Source: Acaryochloris marina MBIC11017
GTDB taxonomy: Bacteria > Cyanobacteriota > Cyanobacteriia > Thermosynechococcales > Thermosynechococcaceae
Assembly (NCBI RefSeq): GCF_000018105.1
Contig: NC_009925.1
Location: 3,600,001 to 3,632,000, forward strand
Length of the DNA: 32,000 nucleotides
Direction: 5' to 3'
A model generated the notes under the pieces. It saw nothing but the letters and a program-made list of their open reading frames with translations, made no database searches and was not told where the DNA came from. The position numbers and the translations under genes are program-made. The stretch's first letter is position 1. Each line of letters opens with the position of its first letter. Below are positions 1 to 6,627 of the stretch, in pieces.

Positions 1-251
1 GTCCGTTGCTCTGTCATGCCCCGGATCAGGCCGCGCTGCCCATTGTGATGGCAGCGCTAGACCCAGAGGCCCAAGGGGGAGAATATTTTGGCCCTCAAGG
101 GTTTATGGAAATGAAAGGTCAGCCCGGACGGGCTACGCAGTCTGACTATGCCCAAAATCAAGCGGCTGCTGCCCAGCTCTGGGATGTTTCAGAAGAATTA
201 ACAGGGTGCACCTTTGCCATACCTCAAGTTCAAGTCGTCACAACGTCATAG
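1..251 (+). CDS. C-terminal fragment of a short-chain dehydrogenase/reductase (SDR) family oxidoreductase; 5' end lies off the window
   Basis: The open frame runs from the left edge (frame of position 3) to TAG at 249-251. The tail ...GEYFGPQGFMEMKG.P....S.YA.N...A.QLWDVSEELTG resembles the C-termini of retinol-dehydrogenase-like classical SDRs. The N-terminal Rossmann part is not in the window. Confidence 0.55.
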   Translation, partial: PLLCHAPDQAALPIVMAALDPEAQGGEYFGPQGFMEMKGQPGRATQSDYAQNQAAAAQLWDVSEELTGCTFAIPQVQVVTTS

Positions 252-1297
252 TCAATCAACTGCTGAAACATATCAGTGAGGGATGTGGCCAAGGGACGAT
301 AGGTGAGTCCTAGCTTCTGAATGCTCTTGCTGTTATCGACACCAAAAGGAACACCCACGTTTCTAGCTATGATTTTGCGCGTCATGCTGCTATCTAATAA
401 CGGTCCCACCAGCCAAATCAATGCTTTGGGCAGCACACTTTTGGGGAAGGGATAAGCCTCGCCAAAATGAGCCCGCAAAATCTCAGCCATTTGAGGGAAA
501 TTTGTGTTGTATCCAGAGGTGATATGGCGGCCTTGGGCATTGGGAGTAAATCCTGCAGCCAGATGCGCTTCTGCGACATCCCGAACGTCCACAACCCCCA
601 TCTGATAGTTTGGTACGCCCATTTTCATCGTGCCATCTCCCAGCTGTTTGATCAGCGAGAAAGACTCTGAGGTGGCAAAAGGGTTAATCCCAGGTCCTAA
701 AACGAGGGAGGGATTGATGGTGACTAAGTTCCAGCGGTCCTGGGTCTTGGCAATTTTCCAAGCTTCTTGCTCAGCTAAGGTTTTGGAATAGGAATAGGGC
801 TGATGGGTGAGGGAGGAGGTGGTATTCCAGTCTGCTTCAGTAAATAAATCGCCTGGAACCATTTCTAAGTCTGCACTATCGCCATAAATGGCGGCACAAC
901 TGCTGGTGACCACCACCCGCTTCACAGACTCAGTTTGATTGGCTTGTTCTAAAACATTGCGGGTGCCGAGCTGGGCGGGTTCAATCAGATCTTTTTGTGG
1001 ATTATCAACGGCAATAGTGAAAGGAGAAGCCGTGTGAAACACTACGGTACAGCCCTGCATGGCCTCGGCGTAAGATCCTAGCGTCAGTAAATCTGACTGG
1101 AAATATTGGAGCTGCCCTGGAGACTGATCTGCCAAAGCATTAAGGTATTTAAGCTTCTCAGTATTGCTGGGATTGCGAACAGCTGCGTGAACGGTAAAGC
1201 CTTCTTCCAGTAAACGCTTGACGAGCCATCCGGCGACATAACCGGTCGCTCCAGTGACGAGAACGGGGGCTGATGTATCGTAGGTGGGGTTGGTCAT
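230..1297 (-). CDS. Extended-SDR NAD(P)-dependent epimerase/dehydratase-family reductase (aldehyde / cinnamoyl-CoA / dihydroflavonol-reductase-like)
   Basis: 355-aa ORF. It has an N-terminal Rossmann motif VLVTGATGYVAGWLVKRLLEEG and a catalytic YxxxK (PYSYSK). The length and layout are typical of aldehyde-reductase-like extended SDRs. Its 3' end overlaps the convergent SDR fragment by 22 bp. Confidence 0.8.
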   Translation of the reverse strand: MTNPTYDTSAPVLVTGATGYVAGWLVKRLLEEGFTVHAAVRNPSNTEKLKYLNALADQSPGQLQYFQSDLLTLGSYAEAMQGCTVVFHTASPFTIAVDNPQKDLIEPAQLGTRNVLEQANQTESVKRVVVTSSCAAIYGDSADLEMVPGDLFTEADWNTTSSLTHQPYSYSKTLAEQEAWKIAKTQDRWNLVTINPSLVLGPGINPFATSESFSLIKQLGDGTMKMGVPNYQMGVVDVRDVAEAHLAAGFTPNAQGRHITSGYNTNFPQMAEILRAHFGEAYPFPKSVLPKALIWLVGPLLDSSMTRKIIARNVGVPFGVDNSKSIQKLGLTYRPLATSLTDMFQQLIDYDVVTT

Positions 1298-1400
1298 ACT
1301 GCTTCCCTAATTCTGCAGAATTGGTCGAAATACCGTTATCCCGTAGAGTAGCGTATTCGCTGGGTGGATGCTGGAGCTAGAGGTTCTGGGTCACTTGAAA

Positions 1401-1438
1401 GTGCGCAAGGAGGTTGCGATCGCAACCCCCTTGCACAC
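1401..1438. repeat. 38-nt near-perfect palindrome centred on a HIP1 site, in the divergent promoter region between the SDR gene and the orphan ORF
   Basis: The sequence is GTGCGCAAGGAGGTTGCGATCGCAACCCCCTTGCACAC. Pairing base i with base 39-i gives 17 of 19 Watson-Crick pairs, with mismatches at positions 4/35 and 11/28. The centre is GCGATCGC at 1416-1423. Confidence 0.7.
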
Positions 1439-1572
1439 TACCTAATTCATTGGTGCTGTCCTTCAAGTTCTCTGATTGGTGAGCTAAGTTCGATCATCTG
1501 AGTTGCACCTGTACGAGATTGCTTCTTTCATATGAAAAGCTAGACCCCTGCACTGCAACAGTTACTTTGATC

Positions 1573-1914
1573 ATGGCTGAACATTATCTCTTGATATCTG
1601 ATGACGTGCCTTTGGCACAATTCGAAAATGAAGAATCAGACATGTGGTATCTCTTCGGAGAAATTGCACCTATCCCATCGGGTAAAGTTGCTATTCATAA
1701 GATTTTCTCAGTTACAAAGCATCTAGAATTCAAAGTTGTATTGTGTGATTGGTCCCAAGGTTATCGATGCGATCTACAAGCTGGAACAAGCATCATTCCA
1801 TGTGTATTGATGGAATGTAATCCACAACAAGTCATCCTCAGAATGCTCACTGCCTCTGAAACAATCGCTTGGTCAAAACAACACCTTCGGCCATTGTCCA
1901 TCAGTGAATTTTGA
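1573..1914 (+). CDS. Hypothetical protein (113 aa from the ATG; the ORF track starts at an upstream TTG at 1519)
   Basis: This is an open frame only, with no motif I recognise. It is noticeably AT-rich compared with the housekeeping genes in the window (about 33-43% GC in the 60-nt lines I counted). Confidence 0.35.
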   Translation: MAEHYLLISDDVPLAQFENEESDMWYLFGEIAPIPSGKVAIHKIFSVTKHLEFKVVLCDWSQGYRCDLQAGTSIIPCVLMECNPQQVILRMLTASETIAWSKQHLRPLSISEF

Positions 1915-1967
1915 ATCGGTCTTAACTGTCCCTTGCTGGGAGTATCTGGTGTTGGCAGCCCTTACCG

Positions 1968-2261
1968 TTACTCTGGAGTAGTTTGCTGAGCGGTTACCAA
2001 ATATAGGAGAGGACCAAAAGATCCCATCAATATCGTTGCCAGAATCCAAGGCCATGGATTGCGATTATTTTTCTTTGCCTCTGGAATCAACCAGCTTAAC
2101 ACTAGTCCTAGCGCAATCACCAAGTCTGTAAGCACTTGCCAACCGGCTGGGCTATAGCGGTTGTAATCTAAAATGCCCAGATAGCCGACCTGGGCCATGG
2201 CATACCCCGACAAAAGGGTAAAGGGAACCAGAATGATGAGCGCTATTTGTTTGTTGATCAT
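1968..2261 (-). CDS. Small integral membrane protein (about 97 aa, three predicted hydrophobic helices; DUF2834-like from memory)
   Basis: Hydrophobic segments are IALIILVPFTLLSGYAMA, WQVLTDLVIALGLVLSWLI and WPWILATILMGSFGPLLYLV, separated by short polar loops. I prefer the ATG at 2261 (MINKQ...) over the track start at 2288. It is divergent from the MmyB-like regulator. Confidence 0.5.
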   Translation of the reverse strand: MINKQIALIILVPFTLLSGYAMAQVGYLGILDYNRYSPAGWQVLTDLVIALGLVLSWLIPEAKKNNRNPWPWILATILMGSFGPLLYLVTAQQTTPE

Positions 2262-2386
2262 AACTAACTCCTTGCAAGTGATCTGCATCTAGCCTGACCG
2301 CTCTGTTGGATAGCCGCAATAACCTCATAGGTCATTGAATTCATGATCGGTCTCGGTTGAGAATAGAGAGCAGAGTGGAGATATGC

Positions 2387-3223
2387 ATGACCTCTGCCGA
2401 CCCACAAAACTTTCAACATATTTGTCGCCATTGGCGTAAATTTAGGAAGCTATCGCAACTGGATTTAGCCCTGGCGGCTAATGTGTCACAACGCCATGTC
2501 AGTTGGCTGGAAACCGGGCGTAGTCATCCTAGCCGTGCTATGGTAGAGCGACTTTCAGAGGCCATGAATATCCCTTTACGGGAACGGAATGTGCTGTTAC
2601 AAGCCGCTGGGTATGCAACAACCTATCGCGAAACGGCCTTGGATAAGCCTGTGATGAGGCCAGTGCTAGACGCACTGAATCATGTCTTGCAATACCATGC
2701 CCCCTTGCCAGCTATCGTGGTCGATCGCGGCTGGAACGTTAAAAAAGCCAATCAGGCCGCAGAACTACTGCTCAGCCTTGGGGGAGACCTGCCAGCATTT
2801 CAGAACAATGTAGGAGCAGATGAACCCCTCAATTTAGCCTTGCTAACGGTTCATCCCGAGGGGCTCAGGCAATATATAACCAATTGGGATCAGGTCTGGC
2901 CTTCGATTATCCGCCGACTGAGGCGTGAATCTCTGGCCTCGGGGGATCGAGCCTTGCAAGAGCAATTTGCCCAATATATCGAATTAGCTGGTCCAGAAGG
3001 TTATAGCGAGCTAGATAGTGCTAGTTTATTGCCCGTTTTACCCTTGGAACTGGATATTAAGGGGTTGGAACTGAGTCTATTTTCGATTATTGCGACCTTT
3101 GGTACACCCCAGGACATTACGACTGATGAACTTCGGATTGAAACCTTTTATCCTACCGATGCTAAAACCGAACAGTTTTTTCGGAACCATTATTTTGAGA
3201 AGTCCGTTGTAGGTGAAATGTAG
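2387..3223 (+). CDS. MmyB-like helix-turn-helix transcriptional regulator (XRE-type HTH plus C-terminal MmyB-like ligand-binding domain)
   Basis: The N-terminal HTH is RKLSQLDLALAANVSQRHVSWLETGRSHPSRAMVERLSEAMNIPLRERNVLLQAAGY. It is followed by about 190 aa with the ...YPTD... tail typical of MmyB-family regulators. I prefer the ATG at 2387; the track uses a TTG at 2357. Confidence 0.8.
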   Translation: MTSADPQNFQHICRHWRKFRKLSQLDLALAANVSQRHVSWLETGRSHPSRAMVERLSEAMNIPLRERNVLLQAAGYATTYRETALDKPVMRPVLDALNHVLQYHAPLPAIVVDRGWNVKKANQAAELLLSLGGDLPAFQNNVGADEPLNLALLTVHPEGLRQYITNWDQVWPSIIRRLRRESLASGDRALQEQFAQYIELAGPEGYSELDSASLLPVLPLELDIKGLELSLFSIIATFGTPQDITTDELRIETFYPTDAKTEQFFRNHYFEKSVVGEM

Positions 3224-3373
3224 TGGGGAATGACCCACGGATCACCTAGAGCCATCTTGCACAAAGCTCGGCCAAGGTTTGCCTACAACTATTGGATGTA
3301 CTCCATCAAGAGCGCTATGATTGCCCTCCTGCGATGTGATTGCCTGCTGGATGACCTCAAGATGGCAGCGGTT

Positions 3374-3736
3374 TTATTCCCCCACAATTGTGAGCTTTGC
3401 CCATTGTTGAGGGTCGTTGCTGGTAAATAGCTGTAGAGCATCACCTGCAAAATCTGGATGGGGTGTCCCCAGTTCATAGATGGAATTTTTGGTGGTTACA
3501 TACACCCGTCCTGCTTTGGTTAGGCATCCTTTGATGGGAGAAGATTTCAGCTTTTTCCCAGCCGGATACTTGGAGTGGTTAAAGATTTGCCCCTGAATAA
3601 CGACTTGATTGCCGATATCAACGCAAAGCCACGATTCGATAATCGGTAGGCTGAGAGATGCAGTATTGGATGCAGTTAACGTGGGTTGAGAATGTTCTAA
3701 ATAATAGTCCGTGATGTCATCAGCAATCATGATCAA
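3374..3736 (-). CDS. Hypothetical protein (120 aa)
   Basis: This is an open frame with an ATG start and no recognisable motif. It lies on the same strand as the sulfotransferase and 270 bp downstream of it. Confidence 0.4.
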   Translation of the reverse strand: MIMIADDITDYYLEHSQPTLTASNTASLSLPIIESWLCVDIGNQVVIQGQIFNHSKYPAGKKLKSSPIKGCLTKAGRVYVTTKNSIYELGTPHPDFAGDALQLFTSNDPQQWAKLTIVGE

Positions 3737-4006
3737 GCTTGGTAGGGTTGATGCTCAGTCAGGGGAGGAGTTCTGTGGGCAAAGAACAACACAGCAGTGA
3801 TGGGTTCAGATGTCTCTAGTCTAAGCAGAATCTCCCGCAGAAAGTACAGTAAGAATGCGGAAATCTATGCTGCCTGTCAGGCAGGATTGGAGTAGACTGA
3901 CTAGTTAAATATTCGGAGTGATTGCGATAGCATTAATAAAATTGTTGCTGTTATTCGGCGTAGCTGTACTGAAGCTAGTAACGTTGGCTTTGATAAGTCT
4001 TTTAAA

Positions 4007-4900
4007 TTAATTTTTGGTGTCGTAGAGAGTCTTCCAGTCTGGAAAAGTCATACCTAATAGATTGCTGAGATCTGCGGTTTGTTTGAGTTGAATGGGCCGG
4101 AGAAATTGAATTGCTTCCTGTAGATCTTCAGCATCCTTGTCTCGGTCCACTTCCCGAACTGCTAATTTGAGGCCAGAAGAGCGAATCTTTTTGGGGAGTA
4201 ACGAGGCCAGTTGGTTGAAAGGCCATGTGTATCGCAGACGAAATAAAGCACTCTTTTGGTAGAACTGCTTTGGCGTTGCATGAAATTTTTCCGAGAGATT
4301 CTCAGGCGCAAAGGAGGCATCGACCCCCAGCCACTCAAACGTCTTGGTCATGCAGGCTTCCGCATTATTACAAAGTTCTTCAAAGGTGAGAAACAGAAAT
4401 TGATCGGGCGAAAAATATTGAAAGTAATGGTTGAGCTGCTTGGGATAATTACTAACATCTTGATAAAGCGGATTATTCTGTACGGCTGTGAGTAGGCTTT
4501 GATTTTCGTTCCCTTGGCGAGTTTCATGCCAATAGTGACTCACCGTGCGCTCAATGGGGTCCCTCATGATGTAAATAAAGCGAGCTTGAGGGTTGAACTG
4601 GGCGATGCGTTCGGCCACATCTGTAATATGGGGCTCTTTGGCATACAGCGTACTCGATTCACCCAAAATTGTTGCCTCACCAGCACCCTCAAAGAGGCGG
4701 AGATATTTCTCTTCATTTCCCCACAGGCCGAGCTTTTTCATATTGGGCCAGTTCAACTGTTTGGGATGCACAAAATAGCAGGGCTCTTTGGGCTCACACA
4801 TGAAAATAGACGGGTGATTATTGAGATATTGGTGCAAGGATGAGGTGCCCGATTTCATCGCACCAATAATAAACAGATTCGGTTTTCTTAAATCGCTCAT
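4007..4900 (-). CDS. PAPS-dependent sulfotransferase
   Basis: The 5'-phosphosulfate-binding loop is IIGAMKSGTSSLHQYL (PKxGTT-type). The 3'-phosphate-binding motif is IMRDPIERTVSHYWH (RDPxxRxxS). The 297-aa size is typical of soluble sulfotransferases. Confidence 0.85.
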   Translation of the reverse strand: MSDLRKPNLFIIGAMKSGTSSLHQYLNNHPSIFMCEPKEPCYFVHPKQLNWPNMKKLGLWGNEEKYLRLFEGAGEATILGESSTLYAKEPHITDVAERIAQFNPQARFIYIMRDPIERTVSHYWHETRQGNENQSLLTAVQNNPLYQDVSNYPKQLNHYFQYFSPDQFLFLTFEELCNNAEACMTKTFEWLGVDASFAPENLSEKFHATPKQFYQKSALFRLRYTWPFNQLASLLPKKIRSSGLKLAVREVDRDKDAEDLQEAIQFLRPIQLKQTADLSNLLGMTFPDWKTLYDTKN

Positions 4901-4987
4901 GGTATTAATGTGGAGGCCGCCTTAGCTTCACTTCTTTCTACAGTAGCAGTTGGTTCTAGTCAATCTGCACGGTGAAAAATGGAAGGT

Positions 4988-6520
4988 TTATGACCGCAAG
5001 ATAAATCGAGCTTTTAGCTGTCTAGGCACAGAGACGCCAAAATAAAATTCTTGGTCATGGGGCTGATCGCCAAATTCGATCTCTACTTTTGCTAACAAGG
5101 TGGCTAAGGTTAAGCGCATAAAGAATTTGGCAAAATCTTGACCAATGCAAGCTCGCTCACCTCGACCAAACGGGAAAAAGTAATCGCTACCATAGTCATT
5201 TTCGGCCAACGTTTTGGTATCCCAGCGTTCTGGCTGAAAAGAGTCTGAATCGTGCCAGTGGGGTGAGAGGCGATGGAGAAACCAGTTATTGATAAAAATT
5301 TGGGTATTCGCGGGAATCTCGTGACCAGCTAGATGGGTAGCGCCAACCGTATTGCGCGTAAAAAAGGGCACGGGCGGCCAGAGTCGCAGGGACTCTCGCA
5401 ATACTTGTTCCACTGGGATACAGTTTTCCAGTCGTTCCAAGGTGAGGGGTTCTTTGAATAACCCGTCCAAATCGTGTTGAAGCGCTGATAGGGCTTGAGG
5501 ATGCTGAAATAGCAAATGAAGTGTAGAGGTAATACCGCTGGGCGCAGAAACCGCTCCGCCTGGATAGACACCAGCGCAGAAGTTTCGCATTTGTTCAGGG
5601 GTAAAGGCAGAGCCTCCTCGTTTCAGAACCCAATCCAAGAGCGAACCACCAGCAGGATCGGCTTGAGTAGTTTCTAGCACTTCGCTAAAGCGTTGAAACC
5701 ATTGGCGACTTGCTTCTTTATAATGCTTACCTTTGGGTTCTTCCGGAATCATCCAGTTGGCAATGGAGGATCGGTTCATGCGATCAGTGCCCGTTGCACA
5801 GAGGGTATTGAATTGTTCAAAGACATGATCGGGAAAGACTTGGCCTACGGTTGCCAGGGAAAAGCCGTCGAAGGCGAGCTTCTGAATGACCTCATAAGCG
5901 GGGAGCATTTCGGTCTCAGACTGTTTGACCAATGCCTCCGCCCGACTTTCGATAAAAACCTGCAAGGGCTGAATTTGAGTCTCCATCCACTCGCGGAAGT
6001 AGGTCATATTAAATGGATTATTTTTGACCAGATGCTGCCATTTCGATCCAGCAGTTTTGGCTACAAAAGGATGACTATCTGTCAGGATGGGGCGAAGGGC
6101 TTTGCGGGGGATATCTTTATAAAAATCAGCTTGGTTGGCCCGATGTTCATGGGAATGTGGGTTAGTCTGCTGCTGGGCCGTGAGCAGGACTTGTTGGATT
6201 AAATCGGGGTCGTTGAGAACTAAGGATGGCCGGGCCAAAATCCAGAATAAGGACAAGCCACCATATTGCTGCCCCTGTTCTCCTAGCACCTGCCAAATAG
6301 GTTTCCCTTGCTGCAGAGCCCAGACATTACCAATGGGGAATAGAGGCTGAGGGCCTGGAATCTGGCTGAATGCTTGGGTCTGTTTGCTAAAGATCCGCTG
6401 AAATAAGGTCTGGGAATAGGACTGTAACTTTGATTCTACCCACTGTCGGGGTTTGGCCTCTAGCTGTTTGAGGGTATTGTGCAGTCCTGCAGTGAGGGAT
6501 CCGGCTGATAGACCTGTCAT
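4988..6520 (-). CDS. Cytochrome P450 (510 aa)
   Basis: The canonical Cys-ligand loop is FPFGRGERACIGQDFA (Cys codon 5147-5149). The K-helix ExxR is ESLRLWPP, and the PERF-type motif is FQPERW. The I-helix motif reads GGAVSA (5543-5560) where (A/G)Gx(D/E)T(T/S) is expected. Confidence 0.9.
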   Translation of the reverse strand: MTGLSAGSLTAGLHNTLKQLEAKPRQWVESKLQSYSQTLFQRIFSKQTQAFSQIPGPQPLFPIGNVWALQQGKPIWQVLGEQGQQYGGLSLFWILARPSLVLNDPDLIQQVLLTAQQQTNPHSHEHRANQADFYKDIPRKALRPILTDSHPFVAKTAGSKWQHLVKNNPFNMTYFREWMETQIQPLQVFIESRAEALVKQSETEMLPAYEVIQKLAFDGFSLATVGQVFPDHVFEQFNTLCATGTDRMNRSSIANWMIPEEPKGKHYKEASRQWFQRFSEVLETTQADPAGGSLLDWVLKRGGSAFTPEQMRNFCAGVYPGGAVSAPSGITSTLHLLFQHPQALSALQHDLDGLFKEPLTLERLENCIPVEQVLRESLRLWPPVPFFTRNTVGATHLAGHEIPANTQIFINNWFLHRLSPHWHDSDSFQPERWDTKTLAENDYGSDYFFPFGRGERACIGQDFAKFFMRLTLATLLAKVEIEFGDQPHDQEFYFGVSVPRQLKARFILRS

Positions 6521-6627
6521 GGGAGTATATCCTCTTATGCTGATTATGCTGAATGGTTGCGGTTGCCACGAGGTAACCTGCCAGGGCCCATCGCGTTGGC
6601 AAGTGCATTTTTGATGGCGAGTAGACT

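Noticed and set aside
230-251. A 22-bp overlap of the 3' ends of the two convergent SDR genes. Both proteins end in VVTT(S).
   Set aside because: The shared peptide ending is a coincidence of GTN/ACN codons being self-complementary. A short convergent overlap is not unusual, and either stop could be real.
3230-3477. ORFs of 66 aa (+) and 62 aa (-) in the convergent spacer between the MmyB-like gene and the 120-aa ORF.
   Set aside because: They overlap each other and the 3' end of the 120-aa ORF. They have no motifs, and their translations are Cys/Arg/Leu-rich and noise-like.
3870-3884. The palindrome CTGCCTG-T-CAGGCAG downstream of the sulfotransferase, considered as the operon terminator.
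   Set aside because: A 1-nt spacer cannot form the full hairpin; at best it gives 5 bp with a 5-nt loop. No U-tract follows on the minus strand. I note it but do not call it a terminator.
5693-6202. A 169-aa plus-strand ORF inside the P450 gene. Similar embedded ORFs occur at 467-670, 4256-4843, 6135-6350, 7141-7722, 19543-20027, 21995-22470, 22625-23041 and 27491-27861.
   Set aside because: All lie antisense to or out of frame within genes that have strong motif support. Their translations are low-complexity or Arg/Cys/Trp-rich with no motifs. They are typical shadow ORFs.
4988-6520. The P450 as a CYP74-family allene oxide synthase or hydroperoxide lyase.
   Set aside because: The Cys-ligand loop FPFGRGERACIG is fully canonical, whereas CYP74 enzymes have an atypical, extended loop. 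I therefore retain only a functional analogy, not family membership (see findings).
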